A stretch of DNA of 64,000 bases from Klebsormidium nitens (Eukaryota > Plantae > Klebsormidiophyceae), in NCBI GenBank assembly GCA_000708835.1, contig DF237465.1, positions 1,227-65,226 of the forward strand, given 5' to 3'. The position numbers and the translations under genes were made by a program. A model generated the notes under the pieces. It was not told where the DNA came from. It saw only the letters and a list, made by a program, of their open reading frames with translations, and did not search any database. Positions 1-13,859 of this stretch are shown in pieces; positions within the stretch are counted from its first letter, which is position 1; every line of letters starts with the position of its first letter.

Positions 1-182
1 TGGGCTGATTCCAGTTAAGCCACTATTGTAAGTTGTGCGGGTCATTTGGAAGACTGCCCTTCCATCTTTTGTTTTGCCGCTGTCCGCGCAATTTTAGAAG
101 CCTTGCAAACATGATGTACTTCGGATGTTTCATAAGAGCAAGCATACTTGGTTATGAATGAAACCGAGCATCTTTCATACAG

Positions 183-2025
183 ATTTAGTAAGTACAAAGA
201 AGGCGCTATCAGCCACCCGCACCCTGCAAAAGCCGAAGGTAAGCCACTGGACCTTGTTCCCGTTTTTTGGAGCACCTTTACAATCCTACCTTATCGCAAA
301 AGTGATCAGGTGCTCAATAGGTGAAAGAGTCCTGGCCAATTGAATTAGGGGTTTGGTTGCGTTTTCCCCTGATCTCAGGGAGGAACGTTTAAGCTTGTAC
401 CGCATGCCAAGATTTCCGATTGTGGAGTTGGGTCACGGATTGCAATCATAAGATTAAAGTCCTAGACATCTATTCAGAACTTGTTCTGTGGTCTAAAGTG
501 GACAGAGCTGGGGTTGACCGATATTCAATGAGTCTCTTGAACCTGACAGAAACGTCAGACTGGTCCACCCAATCTTAAGCGCCTTACGTTTTTGTGATCA
601 ACGTCGGATCTCCAAATTTCCGCTCCGCAGACAGGTGTTTGGAGACGAAGGGGACCCCTCTTCACGGGCTCGGGCGAACTCCAGTTTCTCTTGAGGATCA
701 CATGTTCCCTCTGGTCAATGTTTCGCCCCTGAAATGTGAAAAGACCTTTTGGCAGCCTTTCCGCTTTTGTCTTTGTCTTCAACCCAATCCGTTGTAAAGT
801 TTTCAACGCCAAGACGTGTTTGGCGTTGCTCTGCAGAAACGGAAAGGCCGGAGCCTGGGCCTCGCCCTCGAAAACCTCTCCACTCTAGTTAACGACCTCC
901 CAGCGGGGCCCAGCAAGCAGCAGAGTCGGCAGCCGAAAATTCTCAGGAGCAAAGCGAGGCAGGACATAACGTGAGTGCAGAGGTGGCGTATATTGACGGC
1001 AAATGTTTTGGAAATATATCTGTGTTCCCTGTACTTTCAGAATGGACTGGCCTCCCGTCTTGTGAAGCATCGCGTCTCTGCCCTTCCGGTTCTGTTGAAA
1101 TAGGCCTCATACTTGCCGTTTCAGATCGAATGAGTCTTCTGGGAGTCAAGCTTGTGGGCTAACAAGCTCGTAGTTGCACACGAGCCGAATCTGCACGTGG
1201 AGTGCGTCTCCTATCCTTCGGTCCCCTTCAAGGGCCGGATCATGCTCTTTATCTACTATATTGTTTTGTACACAGAAGCGCGACCGCACTAGAAGCAATC
1301 AGAAGCAGGAAAACCCTGCTCGTACTACCACATCAATCTATCGCTGGTGTTGTGCCGTGATGCTTGATTGGAATCACGTTCGGGGAATGTTTCAGTGCTT
1401 GCCTATCTGGTGTTACGAAAAGGTCTACAGAGTCGGCCGGTGCATGTCTCAGAAGCGGTCAAGTCAAGAATAGCCGGGACGTGGGCAGGTGTACTGCACA
1501 GTGCTCCCGCTTGGCACGGACGCTGCGAGTCGTAACTCTTTCGCTTTCTTTGGGCTCTTCGTCCGGTCTTACTCAGCAAAACTAGAAGCGGGCAGACTAG
1601 TCCAGAATAGACAATCCTTGAGAGCTGCGAAGGGGCTGAACGCACGTTTGTGTTGCATCGTGCGATTTTCGAAGGAACCTCCCTAGAAGAAGCTGACACC
1701 TTTTTCATTGTGGTCTGCCCATTACGAAAGGGAGGTTTTAATCGAGCATGAGCAGACACGTACACACATTGAATGAGCAGAGGGGCTCAATCCGTGCGGT
1801 CGACTGTGCAGGACCCAAGAATCGAAGCAACTCGCAGCTGTTCTAGATCACCCAACGTTTAAGGCGAACCCCTTCGAAGCCATCCGGCAACATCTAACCA
1901 ACACGGTGCCGCCACCCCCTCCCGCCCCGAAACCGAAACGGCCGACGGGCGCGAAACGAAAAAGGGACAAGAAAAAGAAGGCGAGAGCGGAAGACGGGAT
2001 GGACGAGGAGATGGATATGCTATAG
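183..2025 (+). CDS. SLX9/FAM207A-like ribosome biogenesis protein, 3' part (5' end probably outside window)
   Basis: Phase-compatible GT-AG exons 183-238 (tentative), 837-970 and 1812-2025 translate to ...KRKGRSLGLALENLSTLVNDLP...KILRSKARQDIT|TQESKQLAAVLDHPTFKANPFEAIRQHLTNT...KRKRDKKKK...ML*. The HPxFxxNPxxAIxxHL motif matches my recollection of the SLX9 family C-terminus. Confidence 0.7.
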
Positions 2026-3495
2026 GAGTCCTTCTGCCACGCCATGTCTCGCTTGTTCAGGAATTGAGAATGTGTGCTGATTTGACCTAATGGAATCTGA
2101 ATCTGCACTACGATTGGTTTAAGCTCGTTAGTAAACACGGCCAGTGCGTGTGCGCCCTGCTAGGTTGCATACCAACTCTTGGGCCACCAGCCTCCTATGA
2201 CGCGAAGTCGACCTGACTAACCAAGACAGTCGAATTAAGCGCAAGTCCGAATGAACGGGCTGCTTTGGTGATTGGTGACAGCAGCATAGCCCCGGCGGGC
2301 GCGGGCTGCGTGTTTGCGCTCGCTCATGTTGAGGATATATTGATTGTGGTTGTGGATCCTGTCAGACCGCCGCAGCATCATCTGGCCGCGCACGCCTTCT
2401 AATCAGCCAAAGTCCTCTGAAGTTACAATCATCATACCGTCATGCTGATTAAAATTAATTAAATGCTGAGTACATACGATCATCGTCGATACATATATCT
2501 CTCGGATACAATGCAAAAAATAGAGCTGGCCGCACGGTCGACTGGAATTCTAGACGATTGCACGTACGCACGACGGTCGCATGCACTCTAGCCTGGTTAT
2601 GCATACGTACTGCAGCCGGGATTTATAGTAGACATCTTAGTATGTAATCATTCATGCATTGGATGTAGTGTCGGACGTGTACGCCGGCACCGTCGTGATC
2701 TAGGTCTGTGTGACAGAGACATTAATTGAGTCATGGTACCTCTAAATGCCTTTAATAATGAAAGCTTGTGTGAGTCCTGGCACGATGCTACATACCGCAC
2801 TAGCTCCTGTGCATTTCCGGAGACCATAATTTTAAATAGCACATCTAATCCTAGTTAGTAAGTGATTTTAAGTCGCTAAAAACTCAGTTTTACAATTTCT
2901 TTTAAAACGCTGAAGATGCTCACGCCCGATCGAGCGTGGCAGATCCGAATCATAATTTTTATCCTGAACAGATCTGCAATTATATCGGCTAAGAATGCAC
3001 GGTTCATAGGACATTCTCGGCCCTATTACTTCTGGATTCGTTCAACGAAACAAATCAGGCCGCCGAAAAGTTGCAAGAATAAGCGACACAATATATGCAC
3101 GCATGCGCCAAGGTTGCAGATTATTGCCTTGGACCTCTAAGGAGCAGATGATGCTTCGATTGAAATCTGGAGGAATCGCACAAAAGGTTCGAATTCGAGA
3201 GAATCTGCGAAATGTCTTGTTCTTTCCAAACCAACTCTGCGAGCTGGCAAGTCAACTGCATGAAGTTCAGTTCCACCCAAAGCGAGGGAGAGCGCAGCGG
3301 TCGTTGACACGACGCAAAGGCGACACGCTTAACCTTATGCGGGTGACCGTACGAGACTCAGAAGTCATGAGGACCCAATCTCGGAACCATAGCTCTGTCA
3401 TTCGACCACATGAATCTGCCAGCTTATTTTTCACCGCCGCTTCTATTCTTCTCGAAGTCACACAACCAGGCGCCGTCACGGTTCCCCTGCCAGGC

Positions 3496-6201
3496 TTACG
3501 GGAAGAAACCGGAAGGTCCGCAGCCCGTCTTCTCGGTACCGACCGCGTTACCGGAAGGCGGGAAGTTTTGCTTGATGGCTTCAATCGTAGACGCCTTCGC
3601 ATTGAAGGCGACCTGCTCGATGCTGGTGGGGATGCCGGTGGGCAGAAAGAGCGCGCTGCCGATCCTCTGCAAGACAGGGAAAGAAAGTGAGCGCCGCGAA
3701 GAGTAAGAGTTCTCGATCGGAGAAAATCTGCAAATGGAAGATGGCGAAATGCTGGGGGCGATCACCGGTGGGCAAAAAGAGGTTGAAGCGTTGGGACGTT
3801 AGCCAATGTGCGAAGTCCGAAGAACAGGGGGCTTGCGTAGGCTATCAATGAAGGACGTGAACTAAAGCGGCCGCTTGGAGACTGTATTGATCACAAGAGC
3901 GGACGCTTTTGTCTGGAGCCACCCTTCGTCCCTTGGAAGTCGGATTCCACCCGGAGGTTCATCGAGTCTGCCAGATTTACAGTGCAGGCCCGTCCATCAA
4001 ACATATATTCTTCGACACAAGTGAAAGTTCTATTTCGTCGCAGAGGAAAGGAGAATGTTCTCCGTTCACCCCTCTCTAGGTTTTCATTCTCCACAGTCTT
4101 CGGAGATAACTTTGGAATCAATGATTCTCAAGCAATCACTGTCCCAAACTTCTACGCCTCATGTTCTTTGACAAGACTGCGGTTGCAAGCATACTCTGAC
4201 CTGGGTTCCCGGGTTCTGGCTGTTGAAAGCCGCGAGCGCCTTCGCGGGCTTGCGGGGGCTGGTGTTCTGCTGGAAGTGGATCAGACCGCGGGGGAAGACG
4301 AACACGTCACCCGCGTTCAGCGTCGTCGCATACAGTGTGTCTGTTGGCCGCGCAAAGTTTACGTCAGCGGATGTCTCGTAACATGCGCCACAGAGTCGAG
4401 TTGACTAAGGAAGGTGCCAATATTTTGCGAGCGCGGTCCGCTTTCAGGTCAAATGAGGAGAGAAAAGTTCGTTCGGCGATCGGAGGAGATTCAGCAGAAG
4501 AGGTTGAAGGCACAGACCGGTGAAAGATGAGGGTTATATTCGAGAATGAATGAGGAATTAGATAAACCTTAGTTGTGAATTTGGAGACCCCTTCCATTCT
4601 TCAGGTCTTCAATGCATGCTTCTGAAATTTGAAAAGCCCTCACCAGGTCAAATTTTATTAAGAAATAAAGGGTCCATCCGTTATCGGGTCAAGCAATCTG
4701 AGCCGGACGCCTAGAGCCGTCAACGCTCAAAACCTTGCCATTGACACGCAAAGCGTATTAAGCTGGGAGCTTTTGCCGCCACTCACTGTTTGTGTCAACG
4801 AAGCCGACGTACAGCTGGCCTACGACGACGAAGAGCAGCTCCGTTCCGCGGGGGTGGGTGTGAATGGGGCTGGACACAGAAGCGGAGCGACCATTAGATA
4901 CAATACTGAAAACGAATCCTGCTGGATTTCAGGCAGGAACTAGGACTTCCCCTTCTCAACAGGTCAGACGCGATGTGATTGGAACGTCTGCGATCCGGTT
5001 CCGAGTGACTCGATGACGCGCCCTTAAGAAAGATGTTTGTCCCCTTCAGAGGTTGGCGAATCGCTCCTCAGCTCTTTGGTTCGCACGAGACGTCGACGAG
5101 AATTCAAGATATGCACTTTCATTTCGGTTTCGTCCAAGCGTCGAACAGCGCTTGAGGAACTGGAAATGGGCTATAGCATTCCGTACTTACTTCTGGCCGC
5201 ACGGCGCATAGTCGATGAACGTATACGAGACGCCCTGGGATCTGCAGAAGGCAATCCATGCCGTCAGTCTGTCGGACTGCAACGAATTTTATCCTTTAGA
5301 AGCATGCCCTCTCTGATTTGAATGGGTGAGGTGGACCTGGTTGAAGTAGGTAGGAAGTGGGGCCGAGTGCTCTTAGGTTTAAGTCGGTCAATCTTTTTGT
5401 CTAGTCACGTTGCTGTCGCTCTTATGGCAATCCCACGCACTCGGGACACTGTTCTGAAAAATAAACGCATTTCGCAGTAACCACAATGGTTACAGTCGTT
5501 AGCAAGGGCTCACGTCACAGCGGGGAAGGTTGCGGCGTTGGCGGACTTGGTCGCGCTGCCCTGGCCGGGCGGCACGGTGACGTTATCCAGACGGCGAAAG
5601 GCGAAATTGGCGCCAGTCACTGCACGGCAAGGACTGGCGCCGCTTACGCGACGATAGCTTTGATGGTTAAGCTCATTGATTTTGGATCGAATATGCAACA
5701 CAACTTTTCGCTGGAAAGTGAGTTGGAAAGGAAACTGCGGAGCCAATGGATTAACCGGGCTGCTTCCGACCGTGCTCTGGAGCCAATCACTAGGAAAGTT
5801 CGCCACAGTAGCTGGTCCACGCCTGATCAGGAACCCTTTCATGTAGCAAACATACATGACTTCTTTTCAATTTAAGTGCCCGCTAACAAGGCTTGGACAC
5901 AAAAATGAACTTCCTTAGCAGTACGGCTTATGAGGGCTTCAATAAAAAATCAACACCTCTTTGACAGAGCATTCATAGAGTGCTCTTTTGTGGCTCTCAT
6001 GAGGCGCTCCAAACCCTCTACATTCGACTTTCCACAGGCTCACCTCTGTGACCCCTCAAAAGAGTCAGCCTCCTCACCTTCGGCGCCAGTCAGTCCCGGC
6101 AGCAAAAAGTCCGCAAGGGGATCCGGGTCCGCTGCGGACGCCATCAGAACAGCCGCCGCCAGAACGAGCAGCGCCAAGCCGGCGCGATAGCTTATGGCCA
6201 T
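3496..6201 (-). CDS. Germin-like protein 1 (cupin), 6 exons, 224 aa, predicted secreted
   Basis: Exons 6201-6078, 5619-5514, 5241-5191, 4869-4787, 4340-4201, 3666-3496; all GT-AG, phases close. Signal peptide [32 protein letters not shown]; germin box 1 [15 protein letters not shown]; box 2 [11 protein letters not shown]. Confidence 0.92.
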
Positions 6202-8072
6202 CCTGCCAAGGGGGATGAGGTCCCGAGTCCCGAGTGTGTGTGAGACGGTTCAGAAGAAAGAATTTTAGCTTTATTTTTGGCGGTCTCAAGAGAGGGGAGG
6301 GTTGATCTTGCTGCGGCTTGCTGCGAATGTGTTAATCGAGATTTTGCAAAATGAAGATGCTCGAAGAGTTTGGTTTCGTAGCAGTCTTTTCAAACTGATC
6401 CCAGCTAGACATATGCAGGGCGGGGCCAGAAAATTTTGCAGGGCGCTCTTACTTTGCCGAGTCGGGCGCAGTATTGATTGCGATCTTTGCACATGCAGGA
6501 ACTTGAAGCAGGCTGCCGACGAGATGTGCCTTGAGTAGATTTAATGTTGCTCGGATCCTGCTTGCTTCTCGACTTCGGCTGCAAATGAAAACTCTCGTAG
6601 ATATTCTCTCGTATCACACAGAATGACGTGGCAGGCGGGTGGTCACTGATTGCGAATCGCAACCTACTCTATGAACACTGTCAATTCTTCAATCGATGGT
6701 GTTTCTCCGCATGCAGCCCAGTATTGTCTATGGTCGTTCACAAATTCCTCGGAAAAGTCATCTATGTTTTCGGAACCACAGGTTTAGTAATCGTATAAGG
6801 TCAAACATGTGCGGCCTCATAAGATGACAAAGTTCAAGGATTAGTCGACTGAGAGAGCGGTATTATAAGACGCCAATCGCTTCAGCCTTGTGAGGGAAGA
6901 GAACAGTAGTAGAAGAGGGGATGGTTGAGCAATAACATTGCTGCCATCATCCGGAGAAGTCGAATAGGGCACCTTTTCGGTGTAGATGTCAAGGAACTCG
7001 GCGTTGTATCGAGTTCACAGCTGCTCATGAAGAATTGTGCGGTCGAGCATTGACTGCTCCGAGTCACCGTCACCCATTAAGCCAAGGTATCGCCTTTTTC
7101 TTGTTTGCGTCGAATAGGCAGAACCCGTTCAATTATACCTTACCCCACTTTTCAATTAGTACTTCTTTTCAGTAGAGAGTTCTTTGAGCGCTCGAGGAGT
7201 CCCAGACTAATAGCACTTGTCTCTTCCAAGCTTCTGCCGAAACGCTTCGCTGACATGGATCTTTCCTACAGGAAGCAAAAGCAATCTTTGTCTTTCGCTT
7301 ACCCACGCACTGTAGTATAATGCTGGAGCGTACCAACGCTTAGTGAGCGCCAACCCGTAGGAGGTGTCGTTTCAGCAGCTCAGAAACTCCAGCCTTTGAA
7401 CCGATTGCGTCGTGAGGTCTTTCAATCGACTCTCAGGCGTAACTTGCTTCAGATATGTGGGCGCACAGAGTCGCGCTCCAACCTCTTCATAATGGGCGCG
7501 CGCAGCGGCTGTCGTAAGCATGTAAGCATCCCATGCGACGGCGCACTCTCGAAACGCAGAGCTGAGTCTGCTGCTCGTTCACACGCCTTTCAGATGAATA
7601 TCGCGCGGGTAAAAGTTGGATGACAGCGAGATGAAGCTTGCGAGACATCTTGAAAGTTGAAATATGTTTCAATGGTGTCGAATCTTGTTGCAGCAACTCG
7701 TTTCATCATGTCACTATCATGTCGCGTCACGTCGCAATGAGCTGCCTGCCCATCAGTGCTAAATAGAAGACCGTTTAATTGGGCAGTATGCGAGATGACG
7801 TAGTCGAATCAGATGCGAAGGAACGCGAAGCGTGTCCGGTGCATGAATGAAATTTTTGAAAGATCATAGGAGAACAGAGCTGCTATGTGGAAGTGGCTAC
7901 GGATTCCAGAGATAGCATCAAAATGTCTTCTTAGGTTTTACTGACGTCGGCCTCCAGATGCTAGCTTACATGGGGCGCGAGCGAACGGGAATATCTTCGA
8001 ACTCAGAACGCTGGTTAATTAAATACAAGCAAGCAGCGTTCGTTCTCCAAATATCTGCTTCCGCCCAGCTGA

Positions 8073-11039
8073 CTACATCATCTTCCTGCCTGACGGGAAA
8101 GTGGCGGACGGTCCGCACCCCGTGTTGGCGGTACCGACCGGGTTTCCGGACGCCGGGAAGTTCTGCTTGATGGCTTCGATGGCGGACGCCTGCGCATTGA
8201 ATGCGACCTGGGAGATGCTGGTGGGGATGCCGGTGGGCAGGAAGAGCGCGCTGCCGATCCTCTGCAAAGAAACAAAGGTTTGTGAGCGGCACGATTGACG
8301 GAGCATTTGATCGGACGGCTGCGAGTGAGATGTGGGGAAATGCTCGTGAGAGTGCGGGTTGCGCAGGAAAGCGCGCAAGCCGACTCTTTGATTTTCAAAG
8401 GGAAAAGGCACGAGTTCGGGGTCTTGTTTGATGGTACGGTTGGTGGGATTTGATAGGACAGATCAAGCGAAAGCATGCTAAGGTTTGATGCGGAAGTTTG
8501 CCTGGGGTTTAGGTGGGTCAAGGGTTCCAGCTTGTCCGTAGGCTGAAGTGGCCGCGACCACCCACCATCGGGAAGTGGCTGTTTTTACTTCCAAAACGTA
8601 TCCTTTACCAATTGACGCCCAGGCAATCGCTCCCTGAAAGTTGGCGGCTTCAACAGAGCACAAGTGCAACTAATATTATGGTTCCCGACCATTCCGCCCT
8701 AAGACACCGTTTCTTCCGAGCCGTTTCGAATGAAGCTTCCTCCAAGAGGGATCCCTCGAGATTTGCCCACATCTTTCGTTCAGCCCGCTTTCAAGAAGAA
8801 GCTCATCAGTCTCGATATGTGGAGGTGTGCTAACCTGGGTCCCCGGGTTCTGGCTGTTGAGCGCCGCGAGCGCCTTGGCCGGGTTGTTGGGGCTGGTGTT
8901 CTGCTGGAAGTGGATCAGACCGCGGGGGAAGACGAACACGTCGCCCGCGTTCAGGGTCGTCGAGAACAGAGTGTCTGCGGCAAAGGCAAAGGTGACGTCA
9001 GCAAATACATACGGAAGGATGGGGGAATGCTAACGGATCAGCCCGCGAAGGAAGACAAAGACATTTCTCACGTTCAGGGTCGTCGAGAACAGAGTGTCTG
9101 CGGCAAAAGAAAGGTGACGTCAGCAGGTTAAGTACGGAAGGATGGGAGAATGGTGACTTCCAGCCTGCGGGAGAAGTTCAGATTCGGCCTACATTCAGAA
9201 TTGTCGGGAACAGCGTGTCTGCGGCAAAAGGGAAGGTGACGTCAGCAGACTGAGTGCGGAAGGACGAGAGAACTGGTAGTAGTTTGAACCGTGGGGGAGA
9301 CGAGTACGTCACCCCAGCTGATCAGCGTGCATATACGTGTTTCGGACAAGATGAGACGACGCCAGCAGCTTAGGTGCGGGAGTGTGGCGGCCCAGAGTCA
9401 ATCGCTCTGACAGGGCGTCAAAGGTACAAGGAGCGTCTTTTGAGACGACTAAGAGTCCCTCTCTGACGCTGTCATTGACAGTCCTACTAAGCAGCGCAAT
9501 ATTAACACTCCGTCGACGGCACTGCCAAGTCGCTCGACCCCTCTGCCACCAGAACGTTGACATGAGAAGGTAAACTGAAGACCACGGCTGAGACCGCGTG
9601 CGAAGTCTCACTGTTGGTGTCAACGAAGCCGACAAACAGCTGGCCCTCGATGACGTACAGGATCTCTGTCGCGCGGGGGTGGGTGTGGATGGGGCTGGAC
9701 ACATAGCCGATCAGGGAAATGTCAGATACGTGTGCAGTTCCTCGGCTTCAAAACTGCCTTCAAATCTACCTTACATTATGAGGTCAGTAGTTCTCATTGT
9801 TTGCCCGTTCCGAGGAGCAAGAAATGAATGAAAGATGCCCCCAGGCCCTCTATAAACAAAAGGATATCGTGATCCAGGGTGACTGAACTCCTTTGCGAGA
9901 TGAGCTTTCAACCTTTGAGGCTTAGCAAAGACCATAGTTGCAGGCTGGCAAGAGGCAGAGACGCACCAAACCTTCCATTGTTAGCACCCATGTGAAGGAA
10001 GTAGAAACTGGAGAACTGAAGATCCAGTGATTGATAGATAACGAAGCTCAAAGAGAAGTCTGAGAGGTTCTAAGGGTTGAACGTGTTAAGAAGGGCCCGG
10101 AGCCTCACTTCTGGCCGCACGGCGCGTAGTTGACGAAAGTGTACGAGATGCCCTGCGACCTGCACAGGACATATGTTGCACTCAATACTCAAGCGAATCC
10201 AATGATGATTCGGAATCCGGAATCAATTTCAATCAAGGTTCGAGCTCAACTAGTTCAGCATCAGATCCACCAGATAATCTAGCAAGAGAGTTTAGAGAAG
10301 CCTTCTTTTGGCAGAAAGTCAACAACAACGATCTGAATAATTGTGACTACTGTAGGGGGAGGACTTTCATCTAGACAGGCAGGACCTGATGAACAGATCT
10401 ACATGCGCATGTCGATTTGCCAAGAAACTTTCTGATGCTGAGGGATTTGCTCAAGGGACTGGAGCCTTACGTGAGAGCGGGGAAGGTTGCAGCATTGGCA
10501 GCCTTGGCGGCGCTGCCCTGGCCTGACGTCACGTTGACGTTGTTGAGCCCACGGAAGGCGAAGTTGGCACCAGTCACTGCAGCCCACCAAGAGCTATCAG
10601 AGCTTCAGGACAACCAGAAAAGATTTCACACTCCCTTAAAAAAATGTTTTTGCATTATATCTGCAACTGGTGAACCTGCTTTGTAGAGACTGCCTTTTAG
10701 CAACTGGGGTCTTGTTTGAGACCCAGGCGACTACAGTAGCACCTTAGTTGAGACCCAAGGCTTAAAAATCTGTCGCTAGCTACAGACTTGAGGAGCCTGC
10801 ATCCGTGACTCCTGAATATATCATATCATTCTACCTTATGAGCATCACTTCTGTAAACTCCCGGACTTTGAGCTCCTTCAAATCTTGGAGGATGTTTTGG
10901 AGATACCAGACTTACCTGGTGCACCATTCACTCCGGACAGTACGAAATCCGCAAGGGGGTCCGCGTCCGATGCGGACGCCACAGCTGCGACCGCTGCCAG
11001 GACGAGCAGCGCCAAGCCGGTGCGATAGCTTATGGCCAT
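8073..11039 (-). CDS. Germin-like protein 2 (cupin), 6 exons, 230 aa, predicted secreted
   Basis: Exons 11039-10916, 10576-10471, 10159-10109, 9694-9612, 8974-8835, 8261-8073. First five exon lengths (124, 106, 51, 83, 140) are identical to GLP1. HTHPRATE and PRGLIHFQ motifs intact. Confidence 0.92.
8975..9260 (-). repeat. Two decayed tandem copies of the intron 4 acceptor plus exon 5 start of GLP2
   Basis: The cag|acac junction recurs at 8974 (true), 9097 and 9218 (period 123 and 121 nt), together with upstream intron sequence (gctgacgtcacc...tttgccgcag). Confidence 0.85.
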
Positions 11040-11367
11040 ATTTCTGAGAGGGACGTGAGAGCCTATATCCGCAGTGGACTAAATTAGCACTGTTGGGTTG
11101 CTTCAAGCAGGTTCCCTGCGTTGGCGTAGCACGCGGCGGGATGGTAGCTAGGAAAGGTTGGACTTGGTGTGAAAGAATGGACTATAAGGGACGCGCTGGA
11201 CGCTGCTCTTTGTATCTACTGATTAGCCACAGCTCTTAGCTGCTCGGAAACAGCAGGGCCGTTTGGAGCTGAGTGTGGATGAAGATCACAATCTGGATCG
11301 GAGGAATTGGTTGAAGGAGCTGGAGCTGCTGTTGTAACTTTTGTAGCTACGACGCTCTTTTTGGAGC

Positions 11368-11374
11368 TTATATA
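11368..11374 (-). promoter_or_regulatory. Candidate TATA box (TATATAA) upstream of germin-like gene 2
   Basis: Minus-strand ATATATAAG about 330 nt upstream of the ATG at 11039. Motif and position only. Confidence 0.3.
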
Positions 11375-13859
11375 TCAGAAGCTGGAGATATTGGATCCGC
11401 CCAGCTGGTTCCATAGTAAGACTCGGAAAGACTTGGTCAGATTAGCCATGACTGCGTGCTGCAGGGTTTGACCGCAATGCATGTGGCAGAGCACAGGTCT
11501 TTCCAGGAGTCCGGTGCACTGCAGTAATGCCAGCCATGCGACGTCCCACCGTTTGCTTTCTAATCTTAGCTGGTCTTTGCAGGGAACTTCACTGTCAGGA
11601 GCATGAGCTCACCCCAGCATATTGAACCTACGCAAAACTTACGTCACAAGAGGTACTATCCTGATCTGCATGACGTGTGCTCTGAAATCATAGAGTGAGA
11701 CTCAGTCTTGCTGCTTGTGGGGCCGTGTGCGTCAACCCGGCGTCTTCAGAACTCAGGTTGCCAAGCCTAAAGTTGACCCTGACTTTTGATTCGTGAGGCG
11801 GCAGCTTCCTGTGAGATGCGCAGCGCAGACAGAAGTTTGACCTTCTCGATTGTCGCATTAAATGCTTCCGGTGACATCATCCGACGGCTCGCGCGCAGGT
11901 TGCGACGGTATGACGGAGGGTGCTGACAAGGACAGGCACATGCCCCGCCGAATACGACCTTGGTACAAAGTTCAAACCTGCGATACGTTTTACGTACCGC
12001 ACCGCACTGAGCCTCCGATCCCGGCCATGCCAATGCCAGTGGATGCCGCCGCGCGCGCCCGCGCACTCAGACGGCGCTTCTGCGTACACGTACTGCAACT
12101 TGCAAGTAGTTACATAGCGTTGCATCTTCGCGGCCACATCTGAATCCGTCATAATAGACCTGGCACGGGTCAAGTCGCGACTCTGCACTCCCTGAATAAA
12201 TGTGCACGGTTCCACATGTGACTAAAGTGGTCGTCCCGGCCCAGCTCGCTCGTCAGGCAACGTCGAGCCGGCAACATCCACATTATACTGATTACAAGGA
12301 CGTCAGCTTTAATATCGGACTCGAGCTCGGAACGTTTCGTTGTGAATGCAAAACTTTGGCAAAACTGCGTGTATAATGTCCGGCTCACTACGTACTCATT
12401 TCTTTACAAGCAGTGGTTTTGGATTGACAAATGAATTGTTTCCAAACGTAGACTTCAAAAGCCCGATTAGTAAGGAGAATTAGATGTTAGAATTGATCAA
12501 GCGACCTACTCGAATTAGAGGATATATGGGAGCCATGCACCCAAGAGGCTAGAACCACGAAATACCAGTGATGAGGAAACAGATTCTTCATGAACTAGAC
12601 TCAAGCCAAGTACTATCTAGCTACATGCCTGGTTGTCCATGCGTTTCAGCAATCGGCTCTCGCTGAGTCAATGCTTGGAGCTTGTCATAACAGCTTATAG
12701 TCAAAGAATAAAGGTTCGGTCGCGTAGATATTCAAGTGCAGGTCTTTCAAGTCCTCACGGTGGCGAGGATTCCGAAGTTGATTGCTTGATCGATCTGGAA
12801 GCGTCTAAATGAGTTTCATGTTGGGTGAGGGAGGCCTTAGAGGGCTGCGGTACATGACACCGCATGCGCATGAAAGACGCAGAGAACGCCGAGAGAAGGG
12901 CCGGGGTTGTTAGGTTCCGGCAGTAAGACATCAAGAAGCTGATCAGCGCGCCCCAAAGTCTAAACATGTAGCTTCGGATTGGATACCCTGTCTGGCCTTC
13001 GCTTCTGATGCACTATATAACTGAATACCACCTGCTTTCCTTTGAAACCCAAAGGACTCCCTTCGACCTCGCCCATCGACGGGCGCAGAAGGGGAACAAA
13101 TTGCGGGAGGCGGGCTAGGAAAGTTGAAGACGCAAGCAAGGGACGGATGAATGTTTCTTCATTGCGGGTCCTTGCTTGTCAAATGTGCAGATTGATCATA
13201 TCCAAACGCTTTTGCACTGACGAGTCGCCACAAATACACAATCCAAGAGGAAGCTGTATGTAAATTGCGAATCCTTATCGTTCGTGCGCGCGAGTGATCC
13301 CCAGCAGATAGAGAACCAAGCTTGAGTCCATTGATCTTCCTTTTGCGTCTATTCTTTCCGGGTGGCGAAAAGTCATTGGCGTTAGCGGTCGGCCTTGAGG
13401 CAAAATACGTGAACGGGAAAGCGCAGGGGCAGGGACTGTAGTCGGCCACGTCCGAGCACGGTCAACGTACCAGAGATGATCTCACTTTGTAAACAGAGGT
13501 GTCTTTAATCTAACTCTTGTAGACGCGCTTCAAAGCGCTTGAAGCCCCCTCGAAAGAAACGATTTCTCCGGTCTACAATTTCCATGAACTCTTTCTGACA
13601 GCCAATAACTTACACCTCACTCACTCACTCACTTACCTAAATCACCGCGTCTTTCAGTTAGACGGGTACGTCACGCCGGGTCCGCACCCCGTGTCAGCGG
13701 TACCGACCGCGTTCCCGGACGGCGGAAAGTTCTGCTTGATGCCTTCGATTGCTGACGCCTCCGCATTGAATGCGACTTGAAGGATGCTGGTGGGAACACC
13801 GGTGGGCAGGAAGAGCGAACTGCCGATTCTCTGCAGGGAATGGGAAGGATCTGAGACGC

